Part shown: positions 1-12,433 of the stretch, piece by piece
Layout: each line of letters opens with the position of its first letter
Numbering within the stretch: the first letter of the stretch is position 1
NCBI RefSeq assembly: GCF_026571515.1
Contig: NW_026858977.1
Coordinates: forward strand, 248,001-312,000
DNA length: 64,000 nucleotides
From: Ruditapes philippinarum
Taxonomy: Eukaryota
Reading direction: 5' to 3'
Translations under genes and position numbers: made by a program
Notes under the pieces: generated by a model
The model's input: only the letters and a program-made list of their open reading frames with translations
What the model was told of the DNA's origin: nothing
Databases searched by the model: none

Positions 1-1527
1 AAGTGGGGTAATCATATTTGGCGACAATGTGGGCGGTCAATCCTATAAAACAAGATCATTTTAATGTGTCAGGCATGTCATTCTCCGTAGCATATATACT
101 CAATTTTAAGATAGATTAAGACGCCATTTCTTCTAATATACGTCTATGGGAAAATTTATACAGTAGTCTGACCTAACATCGCAGACAATCATTTAACCAA
201 ACAACGTATTGATGCAAAGAAATGACATCTCCGAATGCGTGGGTTATTTTGGATTATTTTATATATGATGAAATGTAAGTTCAGCGCTTACTTGATAATG
301 ACACTAATTACTTGTGCTCATTTTGCTGTTTAATGACTTCTTTCATAGTTAAATGTTGAATTATAATATACACCTTCAACGTACATGTTTAACGTCTTCC
401 CGGTTTACAGAATGTTGTATGGGTGCATATTACCTATTTTCTTACTTGTCTTCAGAAAGGTTGTCATCATAGGCATATATTGGCAGTTATATAATTTACA
501 ATGATATACATGTTTATTTAATGCTTTTCAGTGAATTACTGTTTTATCCGTGAAAATTATATTTGATAATTTTACAGTGAAAATTATGAAAATATAATTT
601 CACTCTTTTCAATGACGAAACTACTTTCTTAAGATTTTCCCCATGTGGTTCCTCAATTTTATTTTTGCTGACACTTCTGACAATGTCAGGCTGTTCAGAG
701 GAAAACATAGCTGAAATTGATGAATAACTTAAATGTCAAAAGTAATAAAAAAAGAAAACTTACTTATATTCATTCAAATTACCAATCACCAAATATCGTC
801 TCTATTTGTTTTTGTTTCATTTTTAGTCTGAAAAATACATTCTTCTCACATGCAAAACTGCTCTTGATGACATTTGGGCATATTTAAGTATCCTACGAGC
901 AATAACTGCCGTATGCTTTGTGAAAACTTGAAAAGTAATGACAGCCATCAGCCCGAAGAATAAGTTAACAGCCCAGCGTTCGTTAGGCAGCCTTCCAACA
1001 ATTCCAAGTTTTCCAATTTCCTAGCCGCTTTTTGAATGTTTACACTTCTGTCAACACTTATTTATTGTCTGTTTCAATCCTCAAATAAGTTTTCTTTCTT
1101 TTAAAAAGGTGTTTGACTAACAAATCCAAATGATATCCGTCTGAATCAACCACAATTATTTTCCTCTCGTGAAATACACAACTTTTAAAGATGGCGGCCG
1201 CTTACATTTAACAAAGCCAGGTCTAATATTAATTCGCAATCAGTAACAGAAATATGGATGGATGGTTTGACTTTTTCTCCTACTAAAATTGTTTGTTTTT
1301 ATTATAAAAACAAGCGATCATTCATATTTTTTCAAATAATATGAATAATATCACCGCCGTTTAACGTTGATTGCCGAACTTATTTTTCAACCTAAGTCTT
1401 CTTGTATTTAATGAGAAATTCGACTAAAATGAGGCTCTCAATGGGGAAAACAGATTTTATTATTAACGTTAATATTAAAAACATTTCGTTTTAACTTGTT
1501 TTTAATCATAAAAGAAAAAGAACATTT

Positions 1528-1692
1528 TATTTGTTTGTTGTGTAAGATGTAATTCTATTTCATCTCGTGAACTTTAAAAAAAAACAGTATTCTCACTTGT
1601 GGCTACGCCACTCGTGAGAATTCTATTTTTAAAGCCCACTCGATGAAATAAAATTTCATCTTACACACACACAAACAAACAAATATCCTCTA
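1528..1692. mobile_element. Long imperfect hairpin (~70 bp arms) ending in AAATATCCTCTA; end of a non-autonomous DNA element (possibly Crypton-type)
   Basis: tgtgtaagatg...tttcatctcgtg / cactcgatgaaa...catcttacaca arms around the loop gtggctacgccac; similar structures at 14740-14870, 20240-20370, 21770-21938 and 29730-29830. Confidence 0.5.
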
Positions 1693-3859
1693 TATATTAT
1701 AATTATATGTGCTGGAATTGACAAATACACATTTTATTTGGATTTCAAGGCGTTTTTATAGCTCAATGTCGTAAGTCCATGTTTAATTAAATTTCTAACA
1801 GTTAAGAAATGTTGACATTTTAAAACGGAATTAAACGACCTTTTGCATATAAAAAAGGACATTCTGAAAACTTGTGGTCATTAACAATTTTTGGGTTAAA
1901 AACATTTACTTATTTTTTTCAAAATTGTTATTGGAGAGGTCATCAGACCTCGCCGCAGTGTTGAGAATGCTTGCTGGTGGCATCCATTTTTGCGTTTCAA
2001 ATTGAAGCTAATACATCGCATTTTAAGCCTTAAAACATCAGAATCAGTCTACAAAAATGTTATGCGCATGCTCCGCCTCAAAAAACGACTTAACTTAAAC
2101 GAAAAATAAACATCGAAGTGAACAATTCGGTACAAGGAAAAATCGGAAATTATCATTTACGTTACTTAACACTACGAGCAATGATTCATTTCATTTTTAA
2201 TCCTTTAAACTGTAAAACTGGATATTTGTTTTCTGAATAGCGTTTTACTATTTCATGTTCCGAAAATTAGGAAGCACCATCATATGACCGAGTGAACGGT
2301 GTACCAAAAATTTGCTGCTACATTCACTTTTGAACTGGTATGACTAAAATACGTAACGGAGATTTTTTTGGCGCAAATGGCGAAAATGACACAACTTTTT
2401 CTTAAGTTTAATGTTTTTGCCATATTGTGGTTGGAGGCATGCAGCAGTTTATATAGTTTATTCCAATAAAATGATATATACATTATAAATGTAAATCTGG
2501 GACTTAAAATTTTTTGATTAACATACTTTATGCCCGTATTGGAAAATCTCTGGTGCCATTTATATCTCCAAATATTTTCGAAATGAACAAATCTTCAACA
2601 GGTGCAAAAAGACCTCTCGCATGCTTCTTTCTAAATAAGCAAACTTGTATCGAGAATATAGTTGACAATAATATAGCGGAAAAAAACCAAAGACACTTTA
2701 AATCCGAAATATTCCAAGTTGTTTTCTTTTTAAATTCTTTTGTAAAAAAAATAATATTGTTTCTAGTGACACATCATTTATGAAACACTGCAAGATATGT
2801 TGCCGTATACCATACGCTGGCGTATTCATGTACAATAAATCATAGATAAATGCTTCATTAATATGCATAGATATATGAAAATAATTAAATTCATATCAGT
2901 TAAACACATTTATAATCACATAATATCATGAACACTTAACATTATCCACTGAGAGTGCCAAGCAAGTTCGGGTTCTATTTATTTGGTGTTTTTCGATATT
3001 TTCATGCAAATGAGTCTCCGGCATCGTAAGCGTTATAAGGGGTCTCGTTATGTTCAACTAATCTTAAAACATTGGCAGAAGAAAACGCCAGAATTTTCTT
3101 CTTTGAGACAGTCCTAAGCACAAGCCAGATGAAAATAGTTTCGTGAGATACACTTTAAATCCGAAAGATACACTTTAAATCCGAAAGATTCCAAGTTGCT
3201 TTCTTTTTAAATTCTTTTGTAAAAAAAATAATCTTGTTTCTAGTGACATATACCTCGGGACTATAAAAGGTCTCTGAAGGAATGAAATATAACAAATTTA
3301 GTGGCTGTCAATTAAAATAAAGATAAAGTGTTTTAAAATGTAAAGGCGATACTGCCACAGCGGAATTCATTTATTTTTGTCGTGTTAAGTGGGAATTCGA
3401 GAACACACCCAATACCTGAATATATTGTTAGTTTACAAGCGCCAATTCAAAATCTGAAAAAAAACTCTTTAAAAAGTCATATATTTCAGTCAGGCTACAA
3501 TTCCTAAATGAATGGAAAATTCAAAGGGAAATCCTAAAACTGCAATAATTTTCACTTAAATTCATTTTTTATCTTTTGTTATTAACATTTTTATAATGTT
3601 TTCATTGTAATTTTGTTTTAATATAGTTAAGAAATATATATATGAAGTTTGAAGTAGATACATTAACAATAACACACATAGGCAGTTAAAGGCAGTTGAC
3701 CAGTAAATCCATTTCTTCAGGTTGTTTTTGGTAAATATTGATTCTTTTTAGCCATATCTCCCAATTAAGTTTGTCTGAGTGAGAAGTAAATGCTTTTTTA
3801 CTGAAAGTGTAGTATACAAATAGAACAGAAGTATCTCCTTGTTACTTTAAAAGTTGACA

Positions 3860-4800
3860 TAATACACATCTGGTCTAACCCTGTGTTCTGACTCCCTTTA
3901 TATCAAAGAATCAGATTGTGTTACGTCAACTTCAGAAGTGCAATGCAAAGAAACAAGTATTAACAATGAGATATTAATAGGTCTGATAAGCTTACACCAT
4001 CACTCATAGAAATCTCAGGCAGGGAAAAGAAAAAAAAAGAATTGCTTAAGGTGTGCCTTAGGTTGTGAATGAAAATGAGACTGCCCAGGTAACAGATGAA
4101 TGGAAAATGTATCAACTGACAGATCCAAATCTTATGAAACTGGGAAGGATTATAGTGTTGATGACTATTGGAACAGGGTTCTCCAAATAAAGACAGTTCA
4201 TCAAAGTATAAAGTTCACGGTCCACTAGTGAAAGCTGTGTTATGCATTGTTCATGGAAATGCTGAAGTTGAGAGAAGTCTATCAGAAAAAAAAGATGCTT
4301 ATAAAAGAAAGTACATTGTTATCTGATTCATCCGTGAATGGCCTTAGAAGAGTTAAGGATTCGGTGAAAGTTATTGGGAGATAGGTTGCAGATATGAACG
4401 TCACAGAGACAGGACTTGAAGGCAAGACAAGACTTGAGAACACTAGCAGGAAAAGAAAAGCTTGAAGGAACCAAAAGGGAAATGAGAAACAGGAAAGAGT
4501 CCCTGAAGGAAAAAGAGAAAAAACACTGTTTGGCCTTGACAAGCCAAATGGATAAGAATAATGATCTGCTGAAAAAACTGCTAATCAAGGAAATGAAAAG
4601 TCTAAAAAAGGCAATTATGAAAAAAGACTTTGATGAAGCTGGGGTTATATAAGGCTTCATTGATGTGGCAAGTAATAAAATGAAGGAGACAAGACACCAC
4701 ATTGAGGAAAACAAAAAGAGCAAGGAGGTGCTATATGCAAAGCAGAATAGGCTGATTGAGGAGTTCTCTAGAAGACTTAATTCACCAAAATTAACAAAGA
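3860..4800 (+). pseudogene. Decayed hAT-superfamily transposase C-terminal region
   Basis: Frameshifted translation gives VTDEWKMYQ...VDDYWNRVL...KYKVHGPLVKAVLCIVHGNAEVERSLS...LLSDSSVNGLRRVKD (4090-4370), matching the hAT C-terminal dimerisation motif, followed by a Lys/Glu-rich tail (ORFs 4416-4652, 4665-4970); stops and frameshifts throughout; boundaries approximate. Confidence 0.7.
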
Positions 4801-5482
4801 AAGGAGTCAATATGCTGATATTCAAACTTTACCTAGAAAATGTTTATTTTCACTTCTTACATATTTTAGTCATTGTAGTTTGTATGTATTGTTTGCCAGC
4901 TATACATATTCTAGTCAAATGTATTATTTATACTGAAAGCATTTGCAGTTCCTTATTCTTATTCGTTTAAATATTTTAGTGGTTGTTCTAGAATGTAAAT
5001 AAATATCGCGTGAAATATGATGGTTTAAAGGGAGATGAGGAGATCATAAGTAGGTTAAATTCTCAGTCAGGGTGGTAAACAGATCAGTCCTCATTTTAAT
5101 GGGTTCTTCCAGTTAATTCAAAATATCTGATTCAGTTATTTCAGGGTGCAGCCAACAACACATAATGACTATGAAGCACTAGCAGAAACCTTTGCTAAAA
5201 CTAATCTACTAAACAAGAACATTATTTGTGAGTTACTTATGTGTCAAATATGCTAATGTTACTCCATATCATGGTCCATTAGGGCCATAGGTTTGTAATA
5301 TAATTCAAAATCTTAGACCTAAACATTCTATTTTATACCCTACAATTGCTTATTTTAGCCGTAAAATTTCAAACATATTGCCTTAAAATTGGACAGAACG
5401 TGAGGGAGCCTTGTTATTGTCGTATGTCGTTAAGAAGCTTCAAAATATGAGAATTTTAAAAAAGGAAGTCCTGTATCAGCAT

Positions 5483-6130
5483 TTTGGCCGGGTTTAACAG
5501 GTGCAAACCCAGATTATAGTATGGTGAATGATGGGGGGCGGGCGGACGGGCGGAGAAACATTTTCTTCTTAACAGTTTTCTCAGCAACTACTTATCACAG
5601 CCTCTTGATATTTGACCCATAGTCCCATACCCGTGGGATTTGATTCCAGGTCTGTTGCTTATCCACTTCCTGTTAAGCGACTCAGATAATTTTTCAACAT
5701 TAATGTTCAATGGAAGGAAATTTTCGTAACAATTTTCTCAGCAACTACTTATTACAGCATCTTGATATTTGGCATACAGCATTGACAAACGGTCCCATAC
5801 CGTGGGATTCGATTTCAGGTCTGTTGCTCTTCCACTTCCATTTAAGCGACTTAGATAATTGTTTAACATTAATGTTCAATAGAAGGAAATATTCGTAACA
5901 GTTTTCTCAGCAACTACTTATTACAGCCTCTTGATATTTGGCATACAGCATTGACAAATGGTCCCATACCGTAGGATTCGATTTCAGGTCTGTTTCTCAT
6001 CCGCTTCCTCTTTACCGATTTAGTTAAATTTTTGAAATTACTGGTTAATGGTAGGAAATTTTCGTAATAGTTTTCTCAGCAACTTCTTATCACAGCCTCT
6101 AACACAGGTGCTCATAGACTGAAGGTAAAG
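5483..6130. mobile_element. Non-autonomous Helentron-type (HINE-like) element with ~168-bp internal tandem repeats
   Basis: TTTT, short stem-loop gggttt..aaaccc, GGCG/GACG microsatellite, then units starting ttttctcagcaac(t)acttat at ~5576, 5733, 5902 and 6071. Confidence 0.65.
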
Positions 6131-6307
6131 AAGCATGTGATTTTTTAAAATTTTCCTTTTAATAATACAGCTACAGTATGATATACAATCATCGTTCAGT
6201 ATTCATCAGAATCGTCAGTCATCATCATTATCATTTCAAAAAAAATAAAAATAAAAAAAAATGAAACATAATTGAAAATTATCATTTATTTCGTTTTTTA
6301 TTGTTTT

Positions 6308-6700
6308 TTTTATTAGTCCCCTATCGGTTTACCGGAGGGGGCTTTAGGTTTACCGTCCGTCAGTCCGTCCGTCCGTCCGCACTCACAGGACAGTAATTAT
6401 GTGGCTAGAGGGACAATAGGTAACTGTTCTTTCTCTTTGATGTTATTCATTCCGTAATGCTTCGAATGTGGCTATTTTCGTTTGTGTGGCTAAAAAGAAC
6501 AATAGAAAGAACAATAGAGTAGCCACATAATTACTGTCCTGTGAGAACGTCCGTCCGTCTGTCAGTCCGTAAGTCAGTCCGTCCGTCCACAAAACTGGAT
6601 CCCTCGATATAACGCAAAAACAACTGAAAATATTTCTATGAAACTTGATATATGGATAGATGGCAGTATGGAAATTATGCACGTTTTTTCTTTTCTTGCT
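6308..6700. mobile_element. HINE-like element (GTCC microsatellite) interrupted by a small TIR element
   Basis: ttattagtccccta..agggggct stem-loop, then a (GTCC)n tract split by the insertion at 6382-6545 and resuming at 6548. Confidence 0.55.
6382..6545. mobile_element. MITE with perfect 26-bp terminal inverted repeats
   Basis: ctcacaggacagtaattatgtggcta (6382-6407) / tagccacataattactgtcctgtgag (6520-6545). Confidence 0.75.
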
Positions 6701-9429
6701 ATGTTGAAAATTCTGGTTCTATATTTCACCTTTTGTTATCATATTTTATTATTAAATCCTTTTTTTGTTTTCTTTGTATTCCTAATCAGTTACAAATTAT
6801 TTCCTATTCTTCAATCTTTTTTTTTTTTTTCTTTGAATTCCTTATCAGTTACAAATTATTTATCATTTTAATGATTAACCTGTCCGTGCTCTGTCTTGTG
6901 CCCTGTCCTTTTTTTGTTTGGGGTCTGCCTGGGCTCCTTGCCACAGGTTCTTGTTGCTGGGTCGAAGGGGGGGTTGCGTTCGTTGAACGCCACCTTTCCT
7001 TGTTGATCTTGTTTATCATACATCTTTATATACTTGCAATTTTCACTTTATGAATTGCAACCACTTTGAAATTTATGTTAGCATCCCTGTGTTGTTGATA
7101 ATCATTATCAGCATGATATAATCACGACCATGTCACACCGTTTTTTCGAATAAGGTATGCATAGGTATGTGATGCTTTATTTTAATGACCAAAAGTATTT
7201 TATTTTTTCTCTCACAAAATACTTAATAATCATTTCTAGCAAATGAATGCATTTTTATATTTAAAAGAAAAATTAACAACAACAAAAACTTGTGTAAACA
7301 TAAAGGCGTGTTATAAATGGTTTTATTCGGCTCTTTGAATACAGTACTTATCTCTTGTCTTACTGAAAGTAAATGCATGTATATTGTCTAGATATATTGT
7401 ATAGATTTTGTCTCTATATAAATAGTGCATTGTTACATCTTATATTTCGTGCTGCTCTACATATCCCATATTCTTTAGAGGATTTCTTTTCAAACTTGGC
7501 AAAAAATGTTCGTTTCAACAAGGCAATGTGCAGAACCCAAGTCACGGCTATGTCGGTTCAATGTAAAGGTAACTCCTGGAGGCCAAAGTTAAATATTTAA
7601 ACGATTTCGTGTCCGCATAATATATCCCTTATCCTTTGAATGATTTTCTTTAAACTTGGAACAAATGTTTATCTAATGTATACAGTATACATTCTTTTAG
7701 TGTTATTTTTACGAATCAGTAGGGAATAAAAACATTACCTTTTCTATAAAAAATGAAATATTTCTATTCATATGTCATTTACATGTGATAAGACAATTGA
7801 GTCAAAGGCTATAGAAGTAAATCCAGACAAAAAATCCGGGTAGATGGAACTCGTTAGCAGAAGCAATCATCTAAGGGATGGAAAATCCCACCCTTCACGT
7901 AGAAGGTCTAGCTTATGCCTAACAACTCTCACTTGTAAAGAACTAAGGTTACAGGAACAGCAATGAGCTGCCCCACACACCAGAGGGCTTAATGAGCAGT
8001 AATTAATATATAATATGTACATATAATTAAGTTTTTATTCAATCAAAGAAAAGAAACACATATAAATCAGGGCACGAAAGGTAGAACAGCTTAGCCACAG
8101 AAGATTGTCCCTCTGTAGAACAGTTACCTCCTTATACAATACTTTATTTCGCTTTAAGACCCTTGACCCACGCAAAAACATCTATACAAAGAAACAAATT
8201 AACAAAGTTATAGCATGTGCACTTCGAGCAACATATAATATATATACACTTATAGCTGAAAATGGCTGTAAAACTTCAACATTATCTAGGTGTTTCTAAA
8301 TTATCATTGCGTATAAAAGAAATATTACATGTTTCACAGGATTACTCTGCGAATTTATAGTTTTATCACAAAATTTACTTATTTTATCGATCGGACTTTC
8401 AAAAAAATAAATAAAAATAAGATAAAAAATAAATAAATAAAAAGATTATATTCTTCCAGTTGGTAAATATTATGTCTAACATTTAAGCATTCGCCCAATT
8501 TTCTACATCTTAATCTATGTCACACATCATAATAATATTATAGTTTTGATAATCATTTTTTACTAGTTTAATTCTTCCTCTAATAATGATACACCTTTCA
8601 ATGTTTTATTACTACGAAAAAGGGGAATCAAGTGGTGGTCAATAAAACTAAAGTATTCGTGTATCATTGGCTAGTTGTGGTCAATACAACTAAAGTATTC
8701 ATGTATCATTGGCTAGTTTTGTAAAATTTAAAAGACTTTTAAATTTTCAATATAATACATGTACCAACATCACATGCATGGTTAACACGCGTTATATATT
8801 TAAATTTCATTTTTTAACATACAGACATGCCATCCATGGCTCTACCAAACATCGAATTTCTAATTGCTGGTAAAAAGAAACATTTATGGGACACAAAAAA
8901 TATTATTTTCTAAAATCGTTATTTTCTTCCAAAGTTTCTCCGAATGCACATATTTCAAAAGTTGATAAATAAAGAATTAAACGTTAACACTATTTTTTTT
9001 TTGAAAAAAAAAAAATCCTAAAATTTTCCGGAAACATAAATTTACTTCTTTTATGTGGCCTTTGACCTGATCGCTATTCAATTACATTACGGTCTTTAGA
9101 GCAACACATCAAAGCAACAACCAAAGTAATGTTCTCCAAAAGGTGTTGTTCTGAGAGGAACAGAGGTTATTGATACAAGATAATAATTGCTTTATTTGAT
9201 AAGGGCCCAAAAAATAAAAAGAAGCAAAAATTTTTCAGCTTTATGGCAAATAGTCCCCAACCCTGATGTACAATAAAAATAATATAAAAAAATAACATGC
9301 AGGGTAAAATTTCCACTAAAATTCCCCCAAAGGAAAAAAATTGACAAATTTTGGGTTGGGGAAGGTTTTAAAAAATAGAAAAAAAACAACTAAAAACAAG
9401 CCTGTTTTGCCTTTAGGTTAATATCTACA

Positions 9430-9870
9430 ATATTTTGTTCAACACTTAAACCAATATTGAGTTTTGACAAAGTTGAGATGATCCAAAGACATGCCACGCG
9501 ATTAGTAAAAAGGGATTTCTCCCCACTCGCCAGCGTCACAGCCATGCAAGAAGAACTGGACTGGCGATCCCTTGAACATCGCAGATTCGACTGTAGACTC
9601 ATCATATTTTATAAGATATACCATAACCTAATTGCAATTAATCTCCCACCATATGCCCAAACCCAACATAGATTATCCATACATATACACCCCCTATCCC
9701 TACGAAAAAATACGGGTTTTCCCCCGGGCTCCCATAAGTACTCTTTTTCCCCTCAAAAATTATCAGGAATAAACCCTTATTTTTTTTTCCCCCTCCCCCA
9801 ATTTAAAAATAACTCAACGGGAAGGGTAAGATTGCATAAGTTTTGCTGCCGTGTTTTTAATTTTTAATCA
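9430..9870 (+). mobile_element. 5'-truncated non-LTR retrotransposon (LINE) ORF2 C-terminal fragment
   Basis: DKVEMIQRHATRLV...SVTAMQEELDWRSLEHRR...RLIIFYKIYHNLIAI is the typical post-RT C-terminus of CR1/L2-like LINEs. Confidence 0.8.
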
Positions 9871-11061
9871 TTATCTTTTATTTTTACTATTAAACATTCT
9901 AACCATGACTAAATACATTTCCAGTCTCACCTTTCTAGCAAGTTTATGATGCTTGAACTATTTTGCTTTTCTTTTACCTTCTACTAACAATCCGACGTAC
10001 ACTTATTTCCTGCCTGTAACACACATAAATAAGCATCAGTATGTAAAATGTGTCTAATTAATACAATAATCCACACAACACTTTCTTTAGGGAAAACATT
10101 TTAACTTGAAGAAGACACACAAAACCATCTGTGTTTTGTAGTAAATTAAATATACATTTTTTTGGCATATCAAACATACCTTTACTTCGAGTACAATATG
10201 GGTTTGATTTGGAACTTTGAAATTGAAAAGTCAAAAATAAGGCTAGATATTGAGAACGAATGATATAAAACCTTAAGACGTATTTAACTTGCAATGTAAA
10301 GCTTTTATTGTTTTGCAATTATTTACATGTCAAGTTCAAGTCGGGTTTCCATGTCGGGTTTTCGTATTCTTTGTTGTGGAATATCAACTGCAAAGATAAA
10401 GAATGCAAACATGGCTTTTCAAAAAGAAACACTTTACTTTAATATTTTTTTCTTAAATGTAGAGTCTAGATACATTCAACTTTATCCAGATAATTATGTT
10501 TCCAAATCAATAAACAAAGTCTTGTGTAGATACATAGATCCCTGACCTGTCTTATTCTAATAATCAGATAAGTGGATGCAATAAAAATTTCACCTAAATA
10601 TATTTGTTTAAAAAAGAGCACATATTAATGTTAAAATCTTAAATCTATTGTTATTCAAATAAAAAGGTTAGAATGGGGACCTATCAATTGATAGTCTTTT
10701 AATGCACTTTGATAAAATTTACAAATAAATATGGTTTGTTGTAAAGATACATTAAAAAGCTGTAAAAAAATGCTGTGATCATTATTTCAATTTTAAATAC
10801 ATATTTTTTACGATTCGAATGACGAAAGTTAAATCATGAAAACAGTGAATTCAGCACAATGAAACGTCCAAAAATGTACATAATTGTTAAACAAATTAGG
10901 ACAATAAATGTAATACAAGCAGCAGAAGGCTGTTTTAATCGAATATCTCTTAATGTTATTACTTAGACTTAATATCTAATTTAAAGGTCACGGTGCAGAT
11001 GGAACATTAATTTACAAATAAAAGAGAAATAAATAAAGGTAGACTTACCTAGTCAGTATAT

Positions 11062-12365
11062 TTATCCATTCCATGAACCCCATTTGGGTCTTGCAAACAT
11101 GCAACACATTACAAGTCTTTTGCATTTTTTGCAAAGGTTACATCTTCCGATGTATCTCTTATTCCATGGACATTTCTTCTGACATTTGCACCTGTTGTAC
11201 TGCCAATGTGTGAATGTCCTTCTACCCATGTAACTACGACCTCCAATACCACCGGCTCCACCAATCAAACCTCCGGCGGCTCCACCAGCTAAACCACTAC
11301 CTATTCCACCAATGTCTCCACCAAAGGAATATCCAGAGTAACCACCATCAACGCCTCCAAATCCATCATCTCCTCCACTATAGGACATACCACCACCTGA
11401 AAGTCCAGCGCCGCCTGAATATCCAAAGCCGCCCGTAAAACCATTGCCGCCTGAAAGTCCAATGCCGCCAGCAAATCCATCGCCGCCTGAAAATCCAATA
11501 CCACCTGCAAGTCCAGCGCTACCAGCAAGTCCACCACCGCCTGCTATATCGCCGATATAGGGATCGTAGGAGTAAATGCCACCGCCACCACCTCCACCTC
11601 CTAGATATCCATTGCTTAGGAGTCCCCTGTTATAACCAAAACGGTAGTAGCCCGGACGATATCCCGCAAACCATGGGAATTTTTTATGGTGATGTTTTTT
11701 CCGGCGCCCTGAAATATTTACACATTTTTTTACGAAAGAATTACATATTTTATAGAGTGATTGCTTTTGAAGGGGGTTTCAAGTATTTAGCGTCAGATCG
11801 ACTCTAGAGATAAGTATAAACTAAACCAAACAAATTTAACATTTCACGTAAGGAGTCGTGCTTCCTTTGCATCAATTAATTAATTTACTAGTGCAGTTCA
11901 CAACATATAACTTAACTTAACTATAAATCGTCGTCTGTTAAAAACAAGATTGCATACAGGAAACGTTATCTAGAACGTCAAATAAATGAAGCGTTGTATG
12001 GAAAAACCAACATATGAAACTTTGTTAGAAAAAAAATGAACGTTAGAAAAATCAGATATTGCTAATATTGAAATTTCAAAGCGAAAAAAATCTAAAAACA
12101 AAGTGATCCATCGGAAGCATTAATCACAACAAAATTTCTTGAACATTGCAGACTCGGTTTGATTGAGTATGTACATGAGAGATAATGAATAAGTACAACA
12201 TCCCTCACGCCAACTGGCACCGGCTTGAGTGGTATTCAATTCTGAAATAAATAAAATGATGTATTGTTAACAATAAAGAAAAGGTTCAATAGAATTTGAA
12301 AGAAAAATCCTACCTTCTGCAATGACCAGCAAAGCTAGGACGCAAAGAAAGACGGCAAACTTCAT
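11062..12365 (-). CDS. Gene A1: secreted Gly-rich protein with C-terminal 8-Cys cationic domain, 232 aa; join(12314..12365, 11062..11708)
   Basis: Exon 1 MKFAVFLCVLALLVIAE-G|GTAGGA; acceptor TTTCAG|GG; exon 2 continues in frame GRRKKHHHKKFPWFAGYRPGYY..Gly-rich..RCKCQKKCPWNKRYIGRCNLCKKCKRLVMCCMFARPKWGSWNG*; 52+647=699 nt. Confidence 0.92.
12100..12245 (+). repeat. Copy of a recurrent ~150-200 bp interspersed element (in intron of A1)
   Basis: ggaagcattaatcacaacaaaat...ttgcagactcggtttgattg...caacatccc...gcaccggctt; related copies at ~14320, 30367, 37180, 40580, 48020, 50890, 58010 and 60915. Confidence 0.7.
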
Positions 12366-12399
12366 CTTTATGGTCTGTTCTGCACTTTGCTTAGCAAGC

Positions 12400-12433
12400 C
12401 ACTGGCTTGAACTTATAATATAATCGCTTTATA
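12400..12433 (-). promoter_or_regulatory. TATA box + Inr-like CCAGT of gene A1
   Basis: TATAAA (minus, 12428-12433) ~30 nt upstream of CCAGT (12401-12405); arrangement conserved in gene A2. Confidence 0.7.

Noticed and set aside
2690-3250. ~80-bp direct repeat (2690-2770 and 3168-3250) as possible LTRs
   Set aside because: No TG..CA ends, PBS, PPT or TSD seen; a local duplication.
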